This document shows, in pieces, positions 16,837 to 26,039 of a stretch of 64,000 nt of DNA. The notes under the pieces were generated by a model, which saw only the letters and a program-made list of their open reading frames with translations, did no database searches and was not told the DNA's origin. How positions within the stretch are numbered: the stretch's first letter is position 1; each line of letters starts with the position of its first letter. Where the stretch lies: NCBI GenBank assembly GCA_963792415.1, contig CAWBVY010000006.1, forward strand, positions 608,001-672,000, given 5' to 3'. Both the position numbers and the translations under genes were made by a program. This DNA is from Candidatus Deferrimicrobiaceae bacterium (lineage in GTDB: Bacteria; Desulfobacterota; Deferrimicrobia; Deferrimicrobiales; Deferrimicrobiaceae).

Positions 16837-18750
16837 CTACCACTCGACGATTTCCACACCCATGTCTCCGAGCAGCGCCCGGGTGGCCGAGTGAATTTTC
16901 CTGTGAACGAGCACGATCCTCCGTCCCGCGCCACTCGAGGGACCCGGCAGGGAAAGGAACGCGCCCGTGACCCGGATCTCGTATCCCGCCTCCGCGCCCC
17001 CCTTCAGCAGGTACTCCTTCCGCTCTTCCGACACGATTCCCGCCGCCTTCATCAGCCGCTGGAAAATTTCCCTCCCGGAAACGTCCTCTCCCGCCATGAA
17101 GACGGCGTACCCCGATTCCCGGAGGATCGAGCGGATCGCGGGGGACATCCTCCCCGTATCGACGACGTACTTCTTCCCGCCGGCCTCGAAGAGGCGCTCC
17201 GGCGAAACCACGAGCCGGAAGGCGTCCCCCTTCCCGCCCACGCTCAGGCGCTCCCCGGTCCTGGCGGCGATCCCGAGGAGGGAGAGCCCGAAGTCGACCG
17301 CCGGGAGCCCGCCCGTCTTCGGAACCGCGAGGGCCACCGGGATTTCTCCGTCCGACGTATCCTCCTGGATGCCCACGAGGAACCCTTCCATCGCGTTCGG
17401 GTCGTCGGCGTAGGGAAGGACGCGAAGCCCGATGCGGCGGGCGTACCGAAGGACGGCGAGAAGTTCGGGGTCGGGCTTTTCCGGGACCTCTTTCAGCAGG
17501 ATGAGGTCGCCGGAGAGGAGACTGTCCTCGGTCCGCTGGATGACCCAGCGCGCGGGGAGCGCTACCGAAACGGTCTCGCCCATCACCAAGGGCCGTGAGA
17601 TCCCCTCTTTCACGGAATGGTACCCCGACACGCGCAGAATCCGGTCGACCCGCTCCCCCGCGCCGCCCGCGTCGGCGAGAGAGACCACCCGGAGAGATTT
17701 CCACTGGGAGGAGATCGCATCCGCAACGCGGTGGGGGATGCCGCCGCGGAAGTCGATGAGCGCCTCCTTTCCCCCGGAGAACCGCACGACGGGGAAATCG
17801 GACAGTTGCAGCACAACGTCCCCCCCGGAAGGGAGAGGAAGGTACATCGTTCCGCGATCGACCCACTTTTCTCCGATCGCCAGGAAGAGGTCCGACAGGA
17901 GCCCGCGGTACGGAGACCGCGCCGGAGGGGTGACGACCTCCTCCGCGGGCTTCGCCTTCCCCGTTTCCACGACCGACGCCGCCGGGGGGACGGGCTTGGG
18001 AACCAGCAGCTCCGCCCCCGGCTTACCGGCGGCCAGAACGTCCGTGCCCGGGCCGGCGGCGATGTCGCGCGTCAGCGTCGGGGCGGGGGGAACCTCCGGG
18101 GCGGGCATGGCCGTCACCGGGGGCGGGGCGGCCGTCGGCGCGACCTCCGGCGGCGCGATCTTCTCCGGTTCCTCTGCGGCCATCGCCTTTTCCGGCTCCG
18201 CCGGCGGCATCGCTTGCGTGAAGTACTCTTCCGTCGGAAGACGGAGGGTGCGCCCCGCGAAAATCCGGTTCACGTCCGTGACCGACGCGTTGATCTCCCG
18301 GATCGCGTCCAGGTACTTCGGCCGTTGCTGGGCCGGAACGCCCCGGGAGGCGAGGATCTCCAACAGGGTGTCCCCCCGCTCCACCGTGTAGCCGACCGTC
18401 TTGCCGTCGTCCATCGTCTTCGGTCTTCCGCCGGACGGAATGAGAAGCTTCTGGCCCGGCGTGATCCGCGATGGGTCGGGGACCTCCGGGTTGGCCCGCC
18501 GGAATTCCTTGAGGCGCTCCGAGTACCGGTCCGGGGTGAGGGGCTCCTTCCGCTCGAGGAGCTTCCAGAGCGTATCCCCCTTCTCCACCGTGTGCGCCTC
18601 GAAGATGCTCTGCCGCCCGCCCGCCATGTCGGAATAGACCTTCTTCTCGAGGAAGATCCGGGGGGGATCCTCCCTCTCCTGGGCCGCCGCCGGACCCGGC
18701 AGCATCGCGGCCAGAAGGAACGCCAGGGGAAGAAGACGCGCCGGAATCAA
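16837..18750 (-). CDS. Secreted LysM-domain protein with Pro/Ala linker
   Basis: Signal peptide, two LysM repeats (HTVEKGDTLW, YTVERGDTL), PA-rich linker. Confidence 0.8.
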   Translation of the reverse strand: MIPARLLPLAFLLAAMLPGPAAAQEREDPPRIFLEKKVYSDMAGGRQSIFEAHTVEKGDTLWKLLERKEPLTPDRYSERLKEFRRANPEVPDPSRITPGQKLLIPSGGRPKTMDDGKTVGYTVERGDTLLEILASRGVPAQQRPKYLDAIREINASVTDVNRIFAGRTLRLPTEEYFTQAMPPAEPEKAMAAEEPEKIAPPEVAPTAAPPPVTAMPAPEVPPAPTLTRDIAAGPGTDVLAAGKPGAELLVPKPVPPAASVVETGKAKPAEEVVTPPARSPYRGLLSDLFLAIGEKWVDRGTMYLPLPSGGDVVLQLSDFPVVRFSGGKEALIDFRGGIPHRVADAISSQWKSLRVVSLADAGGAGERVDRILRVSGYHSVKEGISRPLVMGETVSVALPARWVIQRTEDSLLSGDLILLKEVPEKPDPELLAVLRYARRIGLRVLPYADDPNAMEGFLVGIQEDTSDGEIPVALAVPKTGGLPAVDFGLSLLGIAARTGERLSVGGKGDAFRLVVSPERLFEAGGKKYVVDTGRMSPAIRSILRESGYAVFMAGEDVSGREIFQRLMKAAGIVSEERKEYLLKGGAEAGYEIRVTGAFLSLPGPSSGAGRRIVLVHRKIHSATRALLGDMGVEIVEW

Positions 18751-19532
18751 TATTTCTCACCGGTAAAGGTGTCGACGCCCGCGTGCACGCCGACCGTCTT
18801 GTACATCTTCGGGCTTTCCCACGGCTCGTCGAGGATCCCGTCGTGGATCGCCCACGCCCGCCCCCGGACGGTCAGGGCGAGCGAAGGCCGCCGGAACGGC
18901 GTGCTCCCGTCGAGCCGCTCGCACAGCATCCCGCCGGGGCGGAACTCCCTGTCGGTCCACACCATTTTTTCCTTCCCCTTCAAGTACTGGAACCCGGCAC
19001 GCTCGTACAGGATCGCGCTGTTGTACCCCAGCGGTTCAAGAAAGTAAAACTTGTATCCCAGCCGGCCGAAGAAGGCGTCCCAGCACTCCACCATCTCCGA
19101 CATCATCCGCAAGCCCCTGCGCACCTGCCCCGGCGCCAGGCCGGCCTCCATCGCCCGGAGTTCCTCCGGCACGTTTCGCCGCGCGGTCCCGAAGTACGTC
19201 TCGTGACCGTTTTCGTCCCGGTCGATCCCGAACCGCTCCCCCTCGGGATCGTTGACGATGATGAAGGAGATCTCCATCTGCCCGAATGCCGAGGTCGACA
19301 CGTCGAGAAAGTACGCCGCGTCCTTGTCCGCGGGATCCCTCCGAACGTCGATCTGGAAGAACGGCATCTCGTCCGGGCAGGTGAACTTCACGCATTCGAT
19401 CCCGGAAGGATTCCGGAACGTGCGGGGGTCGATCGAAAACATTGAAAAGAGACGGACCGGGACAAGGAGCGACAATAGGGCGGACCGCTCCCCCTCCGGC
19501 ATCCGGTTGAGCTCGCAGATCGTGGTGGGCAA
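18747..19532 (-). CDS. Conserved hypothetical protein, putative GNAT-like acyltransferase
   Basis: APGQVRRGLR and YNSAILYERAGF resemble GNAT motifs A and B. Confidence 0.5.
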   Translation of the reverse strand: MPTTICELNRMPEGERSALLSLLVPVRLFSMFSIDPRTFRNPSGIECVKFTCPDEMPFFQIDVRRDPADKDAAYFLDVSTSAFGQMEISFIIVNDPEGERFGIDRDENGHETYFGTARRNVPEELRAMEAGLAPGQVRRGLRMMSEMVECWDAFFGRLGYKFYFLEPLGYNSAILYERAGFQYLKGKEKMVWTDREFRPGGMLCERLDGSTPFRRPSLALTVRGRAWAIHDGILDEPWESPKMYKTVGVHAGVDTFTGEKY

Positions 19533-19541
19533 CGGTCCCGG

Positions 19542-21335
19542 TCAATCCTTCCCGTAGAGATCGTCGAGAATCCGGCCGTACTTCTCGACCACCACCTTGC
19601 GGCGTACCTTGAGCGTCGGCGTCAGTTCGCCGGTTTCCTGGGAGAAGTCCGTTTCCAGCACCGCGAATTTCTTCACCTGCTCGAAGGTGGCCAGCCCGCG
19701 GTTGACCTCGTCGACCCGCTCGCGGATCAACTCGAGCACCTTGGGGTTCCTCGACAGCGCCTCGACGCTGCGATCCGGGATCCCCTGCTTGGCCGCCCAG
19801 GCGACGATCTCCTCGGGAGCGAGCGTGAGGAGGGCGGTCAGATACTTCTTCCGGTCGCCGAACACGACCGCCTGGCTGACATACCGGTCGTTCTTCAGGA
19901 GATTTTCCAGGTTCTGGGGGGCGATGTTCTTCCCCCCCGAGGTGACGATGATGTCCTTCTTCCGATCTGTGATGCGAAGGAATCCCTCCTCGTCGAGAGC
20001 CCCGATGTCCCCCGTGTGGAACCAGCCGTCCGGGTCGATCGCCTCCCGGGTGGCGGCGGGGTCGTTGAAATACTCGCGGAAGATGTGCGGCCCCCGCACG
20101 AGGATCTCGCCGTCCGCGGCGATCCGGATCTCCGTGCCGGGGAGCGCCTTCCCCACGGTGCCGAACTTGTACCGCTCGAGCCGGTTGACCGTCGTGACCG
20201 TGGAGGTCTCCGTGAGCCCGTACCCCTCGAGGATGAGAACACCGATGGCGTGCAGGAACTCGGCGATCTCCCGCGACAGGGGGGCCCCCCCCGAGATGAA
20301 GAAACGGAGCCTGCCGCCCATCCGTGCCCGGATCTTCTGAAAGACCAACCGGTCGGCGATCCTGCTCTTGAGCGCGAGGATCCCGCCCGGTTCCTCGCCC
20401 CGCTGGCGACACCGCGACGCCTCCCGCCCGACCCCGAGGGCCCACTCGAAGATCGCCTTCTTCAGCCCACCGTCCTCCTCGACCTTCGCCAGCACGCGGG
20501 CGTAGAACTTCTCGTAGAGCCGGGGCACGCTCACCATGATTTCCGGACGGACCGCCGCGAGATCCTCCGCGACCGTCTGAAGGGAACGGGCGAAGGAGGA
20601 GACGGCCATCGCGTCGAAGGCGAGGAAGTGCTCCAGGCGCCCGAGGGAGTGCGCCAGCGGGAGGAACTGGAGGAACATCGACCCCCGGGGAACGTTGACC
20701 GCCTCCAGCGCCGAGGTCACGTTGAAAGCATAGTTGCTGTGGCGCGTCACGACCCCTTTCGGGGGTCCGGTGGTGCCGGAGGTGTAGATGATCGTGAGGT
20801 CATCCGTGGGGAGGATCTCCTCTGCGCGCGCCTCGAGGGCGCCGGGATTCCCGGCGCCGTGCTCCTTCCCGCGTTCCCGCAGCGCGGACAGGGTCGTGGC
20901 GCCCTCCTTCCCCTCGACGCCGCCGGTCATCATCACGACGCTCGAGAGATGAGGCAGGCGTGGCCGGACCCCCGCGACCTTGTTGTACTGCGACTCGTCC
21001 TCGACGAATACGGCCCGCGCGCGCGAGTGGGCCAGGATGTACTCCACCTGGTCCGGGAGATTCGAGGGGTAGATCGGCACCGTGACATATCCACCGAGGG
21101 TGGACCCGATGTCCGCAAGACACCATTCCAGGCGCGTCGTCGCGAGGATCGCCACGCGGTCCCCTCGCGAAAGCCCGAGCGCCATCAGCCCGAGACCGAT
21201 CTCCCGAACCGCGTCGCCGACCTGCCGGTACGTCACCGGCGTGTAGCCGTGGTCGCCCGGGACCATGTACCGGACCGAGTCCCCGCCCTCGGCGATCCGG
21301 TTCAGGAACATCCGGTGAAGCGTCGTCTCCTTCAT
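19542..21335 (-). CDS. fadD: Long-chain fatty acid--CoA ligase
   Basis: YTSGTTGPPKG, FLPLAH, EGYGLTE, GWFHTGDIG, ELTPTLK. Confidence 0.92.
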   Translation of the reverse strand: MKETTLHRMFLNRIAEGGDSVRYMVPGDHGYTPVTYRQVGDAVREIGLGLMALGLSRGDRVAILATTRLEWCLADIGSTLGGYVTVPIYPSNLPDQVEYILAHSRARAVFVEDESQYNKVAGVRPRLPHLSSVVMMTGGVEGKEGATTLSALRERGKEHGAGNPGALEARAEEILPTDDLTIIYTSGTTGPPKGVVTRHSNYAFNVTSALEAVNVPRGSMFLQFLPLAHSLGRLEHFLAFDAMAVSSFARSLQTVAEDLAAVRPEIMVSVPRLYEKFYARVLAKVEEDGGLKKAIFEWALGVGREASRCRQRGEEPGGILALKSRIADRLVFQKIRARMGGRLRFFISGGAPLSREIAEFLHAIGVLILEGYGLTETSTVTTVNRLERYKFGTVGKALPGTEIRIAADGEILVRGPHIFREYFNDPAATREAIDPDGWFHTGDIGALDEEGFLRITDRKKDIIVTSGGKNIAPQNLENLLKNDRYVSQAVVFGDRKKYLTALLTLAPEEIVAWAAKQGIPDRSVEALSRNPKVLELIRERVDEVNRGLATFEQVKKFAVLETDFSQETGELTPTLKVRRKVVVEKYGRILDDLYGKD

Positions 21336-21399
21336 AGCCCCCCCTGGCACAGCGTCTCTCCCGACACCACCGCGCCCTCTTCCGTCCTTTTTTCCCTTT

Positions 21400-23073
21400 T
21401 CAACGGAAGAAGGGCGCGACGTCCTCGTAGGTTACCATCCCGGACCGGAGCATCTCCTGCACCGATTGCGTGGCGGAGTATAAATCCTCCTGTATGATCC
21501 GCGACAGCTTCTCCTCAAACGAGCTCTCCGATGCGACGATGTTCTGTACCCCCGGTGTGAAGGGGACCAGCTCGATGAGCGCCATCCGTCCGGAGAAGCC
21601 CGTCCCGCCGCACTTCGGACACCCGGAGGGAAGGTAGAACGAGGCGTCCGCGAGGATCCGCTCGAGTTCGTCCCGGTACCGCTCCCCCACCATCCGCAAG
21701 GAGGGCTTCGCGGGAACCGGGCGGCGGCATTCCATGCAGAGCAGTTTCACCAGCCGCTGGTGCAGGACAAGTCGCATGACGTGCGCGAGGATGAACGGGT
21801 CCACGTCGAGGGTCAGCACCGTGCGAAGCGTCCGGTCGAAGTTGAACCTCCGGATGCCGCACAGCACAAGGGGCCCTGCCTGCGCGAGGTGCAGCAGGCC
21901 GCCAAGGGCCGCCGGATCGGGCAGGTGCTCGATCATCAGGATGTCGGGGTCAAGGGACTCCGCCAGCCGGGACCAGTCGCCGGAATACCGCTCCTGCGCC
22001 TGACGCCGATCCATCTGTATATACCCCTCGTTCCGGAACCGGTGGCGCTCCTCGACGGTGATGGTGCGGAGGCCGGGCCGATACCCCTCGCGGAGCATGG
22101 CGAACAGGGTGGTGGCGATCCCCTCGGGGCCAGGGGACGACACGAGGAAGAGCCCGCTCCTCTTTCGGAGGATCTTTTCGGTGATGTCGAGCTGGCCGGC
22201 GTTGAGGCCGACAGAGGCGAGGGAGATCCCCGCCCGCAGGTCGGGGAGAATCTTCACGATCACCTCGGGTCCGGAGAGACCACGCAGGAAACTCGCCTGG
22301 AAGGCGACGACCCCGGCCTCGGACTCGAGGTGGAAGACCGTCTCGAGGGGAAGGACCGGCCCGCCCGGGGCGCCCGCAAGTTCCAGGAACGCGTCGTAGA
22401 GCGGTCTCCGGAACCGGAGGGGGAAGGAGAGGAGGCGCACGGGCGTCCCCCCCTGGGAGCGACCCTCGATCACCACGTCCCGGCCGACGGGGGACATCCG
22501 GACGCCCGACATCCCGCAGGACGCCGCGTGGAGCAGGATCTGCCCGCAAACCCGCTTCCTCCCCCCCTCGGAGAGCCACTTCTCGGCCTCTTCCAGGGAA
22601 ATCGCGCCTTCCCCGAGGTCGAACGGCTCGAGACCGGACGGGTCGGGGTAGAAGCGGGCAAGGATCTCCCTGATCGTCCGCCCTGGGCATACCACCAAGC
22701 GTAGAGAGAGCCCCGTCATCTCCTCGAGGACCGCGAACGCCCCGTGGCAAAACGGGTCGGTCACGGCCACGGTCACCCGGTCCCCTTCCCGGGCGATCGG
22801 AACGATCCGGTTCTTCCGGGCCAGCGCTTCGGGGAACAGGTGGGCGAGATCGAGGGAAATGGAGTCGGGTTCGACCTCGAGAAACGGGATCCCGAGCGAT
22901 TCCGAGAGAATCCATGCGCGCGCGTCGGGGTGCAGCCGGTCCGCAAGGAGGGCGGCCTCGGTCAGCGGGATCCCGAGGGACGAGGAACGCCCCCTCATCT
23001 CCTTCAGGTCGTCGGGAGTGAGGTAGCCGAGCGCGCGGAACTTCTCGAGGAGATCGTCAGGCGCGGATTGCAC
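21400..23073 (-). CDS. GspE/PilB-like protein with degenerate ATPase motifs
   Basis: GspE N-domain (AVTDP), QRLVKLLCMEC...GCPKCGGTGFSGR; Walker A reads SPGPEGIATT. Confidence 0.8.
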   Translation of the reverse strand: MQSAPDDLLEKFRALGYLTPDDLKEMRGRSSSLGIPLTEAALLADRLHPDARAWILSESLGIPFLEVEPDSISLDLAHLFPEALARKNRIVPIAREGDRVTVAVTDPFCHGAFAVLEEMTGLSLRLVVCPGRTIREILARFYPDPSGLEPFDLGEGAISLEEAEKWLSEGGRKRVCGQILLHAASCGMSGVRMSPVGRDVVIEGRSQGGTPVRLLSFPLRFRRPLYDAFLELAGAPGGPVLPLETVFHLESEAGVVAFQASFLRGLSGPEVIVKILPDLRAGISLASVGLNAGQLDITEKILRKRSGLFLVSSPGPEGIATTLFAMLREGYRPGLRTITVEERHRFRNEGYIQMDRRQAQERYSGDWSRLAESLDPDILMIEHLPDPAALGGLLHLAQAGPLVLCGIRRFNFDRTLRTVLTLDVDPFILAHVMRLVLHQRLVKLLCMECRRPVPAKPSLRMVGERYRDELERILADASFYLPSGCPKCGGTGFSGRMALIELVPFTPGVQNIVASESSFEEKLSRIIQEDLYSATQSVQEMLRSGMVTYEDVAPFFR

Positions 23074-23177
23074 GGGGCGCCACCCTCCCGTGTTTATTTT
23101 CAACTTTATTAAATCGGTGCCGGAAAGTAAAATCATTAATGCCCGTAGCGGATATCATCTTCCGAGGAGAGCCGCAT

Positions 23178-23522
23178 TTGCCCCGTCGCATCATGATCAC
23201 GCTTGCCGCGGTGGCCGCGCTACTTTCCTGCGCCGGCTGCATCGTAACGACGGCGGCCTACGACGCGAAGGTGCGCGAGGTCGATGCTCTCCGGGATGCG
23301 TACGCCTCGTCGAACCGGGAAAAATCGCGACTTGCCGGCGAGGTCGAGACTCTCTCGAAGCAGGTCGCAGGGCAGAAGACCGACCTTCAGGAGCTTTCCT
23401 CCCGGGCAGACGCGTGCGAAGCGGTGCTGGCGCTTGAGGACCGGGAATCGGCCGACCGCAACCGGGAACTTGCGGGGCTTCGCGAAAAGACGGTGACGAA
23501 GGGAAAGACCGTCGCGCGATAG
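23178..23522 (+). CDS. Coiled-coil lipoprotein
   Basis: Lipobox LLSCAGC then heptad-like region; GAGGAG RBS. Confidence 0.6.
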   Translation: MPRRIMITLAAVAALLSCAGCIVTTAAYDAKVREVDALRDAYASSNREKSRLAGEVETLSKQVAGQKTDLQELSSRADACEAVLALEDRESADRNRELAGLREKTVTKGKTVAR

Positions 23523-23543
23523 TCGGAGTAGGGCATACGGCCG

Positions 23544-23698
23544 CCCCACTCCCGTACGAAGTGCGCTCCCTGGGGTACCCCACTGCAGGAAAAACGGGGG
23601 CGCCCCACTCCCGTATGGAGTGCGCTCCCTGGGGTACCCCACTGTAGGAAAAACGGGGGCACCCCACTCCCGTACGGAGTGCGCTCCCTGGGGTACCC
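23544..23698. repeat. 59-bp tandem REP-like repeat, about 2.6 copies
   Basis: CCCCACTCCCGTAYGRAGTGCGCTCCCTGGGGTACCC at 23544, 23603 and 23662 with near-identical linkers. Confidence 0.9.
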
Positions 23699-23737
23699 GG
23701 GCTGGGAGTGACCCGACCGAGCAACAGGAGGAACCGA

Positions 23738-24343
23738 ATGGACGTCTTCGAGACAATGAAAGGCCGGCAAAGCATCCGGAAGTTCCGGAAGGACCCGGTC
23801 CCGAGGGAACACATCCTGCGGATGGCGGAAGCCGCGTCCTGGGCGCCCACGGCGGGAAATGCGCAGAACTTCCGGTTCATCGCGGTCCAGGAGCGGGAGA
23901 CGATCGCCCGGATGCGGGGTATCGTCGACGAGATCGTCTCGCGCGTCACGGGGAACGAGCCCGCCGGGGGAAAGGCGACCTACCACAACCTGTTCGCCTT
24001 CGCCCCCGCCGTGATCTGCGTGGTCGGCGCACCCTACGAATCGGCGACGGACAAGGCGCTCCGCGAGAAGGACCCCGAGCGGTACAAGGCGCGCCGTTTC
24101 CAGGTGAACCCCGGGCTTCAGGGGATCTCGGCAGGGATCACCCAGTTCCTCCTTGCGGCCTGCGCGCTGGGGTACGGCACCTGCTGGATGACCGGTCCGC
24201 TGATCGCGAAGGCGGAGCTCGAATCGGCGCTCTCCGTCCGGCATCCGGAAGAGTTGGTGGCGATCATCGCCGTGGGGAAACCGGACGCGTCCCCCCCGAA
24301 ACCGCCGCGCAAGCCGGCGTCGGAGATCACGACGTTCAGGTAG
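23738..24343 (+). CDS. Nitroreductase family protein
   Basis: RQSIRKF, APTAGNAQNFRF, LGYGTCWM. Confidence 0.9.
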   Translation: MDVFETMKGRQSIRKFRKDPVPREHILRMAEAASWAPTAGNAQNFRFIAVQERETIARMRGIVDEIVSRVTGNEPAGGKATYHNLFAFAPAVICVVGAPYESATDKALREKDPERYKARRFQVNPGLQGISAGITQFLLAACALGYGTCWMTGPLIAKAELESALSVRHPEELVAIIAVGKPDASPPKPPRKPASEITTFR

Positions 24344-24389
24344 CCAGAAACCGATGTCGATATAGTGTCGGGGTGCGTATGGAACGCTC

Positions 24390-25340
24390 ATGAAGCGAGT
24401 CGCCTGGATCTACCACCCCGACTACCTCCTCCACACGCCTCCGTTCGAACACCCCGAGTCCCCGGAGCGCCTCGTCGCCATCACCGATCATCTCGGGAGG
24501 GTCGGTCTGATCGAGCGGATGGTCCCGGTAACGCCGGAGTATCCCGAAGACGCGGATATCCTTTCCGTCCACGACCGGAAATATCTGAACCGGCTGGAGA
24601 CCGCCTGCCGGCGCGGCGACTTCACCCTCGACTCGGAGGACACCTACCTCAACCGGCACTCCTTCAACATCGCGCTCCTGTCCGCGGGAGGCGCGATCGC
24701 GGGGGCGAAGGCGGTGGCGGAAGGGACGGTCGACCGCGCCTTCTGCGCCGTCCGGCCTCCGGGCCACCACGCGGGACGGGACGTGGGGATGGGGTTCTGC
24801 CTCCTCAACAACGCGGCCATCGCGGCCCGGTACCTCCAGGCGAGGCACGGCGTGGGAAAGGTCCTCATCGTCGACTGGGACGTCCACCACGGCAACGGCA
24901 CGCAGAATATCTTCCTCGAGGACCCGGCGGTCTTCTATTTCAGCATCCACGAGCACCCCACCTTCCTCTACCCCGGCACCGGCCGCCGGTGGGAAATCGG
25001 CAAGGGGAAGGGGGAAGGCGCGACGCTCAACGCCCCGATGGCCCCCGGCGCGGGGGACGCGGAGTTCCGGACGACCTTCGAACAGACGCTCGAGCCGGCC
25101 GTGGAACGGTTCCGGCCGGAGATCATTCTCGTCTCGGCGGGGTTCGACGCCCACCGCGACGACCCGCTGGCGGACCTCCTTGTGACGGAGGAAGGGTTCC
25201 GCTTCATGACCCGCCACATCCTCGCGCTGGCCGACCGGTTCTGCGGCGGGAAGGTCGTCTCGATCCTCGAGGGAGGGTACGAAACCTCCTCGCTCACGTC
25301 CTGCATCGAAATTCACATCCGGGAGCTCCTCGGCGAGTGA
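24390..25340 (+). CDS. Histone deacetylase family protein (AcuC/AphA-like)
   Basis: HPESPERL, RPPGHHA, GFCLLNN, DWDVHHGNGTQ, SAGFDAH, LEGGY. Confidence 0.93.
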   Translation: MKRVAWIYHPDYLLHTPPFEHPESPERLVAITDHLGRVGLIERMVPVTPEYPEDADILSVHDRKYLNRLETACRRGDFTLDSEDTYLNRHSFNIALLSAGGAIAGAKAVAEGTVDRAFCAVRPPGHHAGRDVGMGFCLLNNAAIAARYLQARHGVGKVLIVDWDVHHGNGTQNIFLEDPAVFYFSIHEHPTFLYPGTGRRWEIGKGKGEGATLNAPMAPGAGDAEFRTTFEQTLEPAVERFRPEIILVSAGFDAHRDDPLADLLVTEEGFRFMTRHILALADRFCGGKVVSILEGGYETSSLTSCIEIHIRELLGE

Positions 25341-25364
25341 TCCCGGCCCACGGAGGGTGGTCCA

Positions 25365-26021
25365 ATGTTCGTCGCACGCAGAATGAAGAAAAATATCGTG
25401 ACGGTCGCCCCGTCCGCGTCCCTCTTCGAGGCGCAGCGCATGATGCGGGAGAACACCATACGTCAGATCCCGGTGGTCTCGGAGGACGGCACCCTGCTCG
25501 GGATCGTCTCCGACAGGGACATCCGGGCCGCGGTGCTCCCCGCGGGCCTGGTGCCGGGATTCACTTCCGGGGAGGCGGAGAAGTTCATGAAGAGCACCCC
25601 CGTGGAGCGGGTGATGACCCGCAAGGTCGTCACCGCCACGCTCACCGACACGCTGGAAGACGCGATCGTCCTGCTGCACGACTTCCGGGTGAACGGCTTG
25701 CCGGTCGTGGACAGCGCGGGGAAAGTCGCCGGGATCATCACCCGGACCGACGTGCTGGAGGCGTTCATCGACGCCCTCGGGGTAGGCGAGGTCTCCTCCC
25801 GCCTCGAGGTCGTCGTCCCCGACCGGCCCGGAATGCTCGCGCAGCTGGCGGCGATCATCGGCTCCTTCCACGTGAACATCACGAGCGTGGTCTCCATCGG
25901 GCACGAGAAAGGGAAGCGGGCGGACTTTCTCCGGGTCGCCACGCTGAACGTCGGGCCGATCCGGAAGGCGATCGAGGAGGCGGGGTTCGAGATCCTCGAC
26001 CCCTCGAAGTTTATTCTGTGA
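25365..26021 (+). CDS. CBS-pair + ACT domain protein (second AcuB-like)
   Basis: IRQIPVV, GIVSDRD, DRPGML. Confidence 0.88.
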   Translation: MFVARRMKKNIVTVAPSASLFEAQRMMRENTIRQIPVVSEDGTLLGIVSDRDIRAAVLPAGLVPGFTSGEAEKFMKSTPVERVMTRKVVTATLTDTLEDAIVLLHDFRVNGLPVVDSAGKVAGIITRTDVLEAFIDALGVGEVSSRLEVVVPDRPGMLAQLAAIIGSFHVNITSVVSIGHEKGKRADFLRVATLNVGPIRKAIEEAGFEILDPSKFIL

Positions 26022-26039
26022 AGAGGACCCTCCCGCCCG

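Noticed and set aside
23544-23698. Possible CRISPR mini-array
   Set aside because: The intervening segments are nearly identical rather than unique spacers, and there are no cas genes; it is a tandem repeat.
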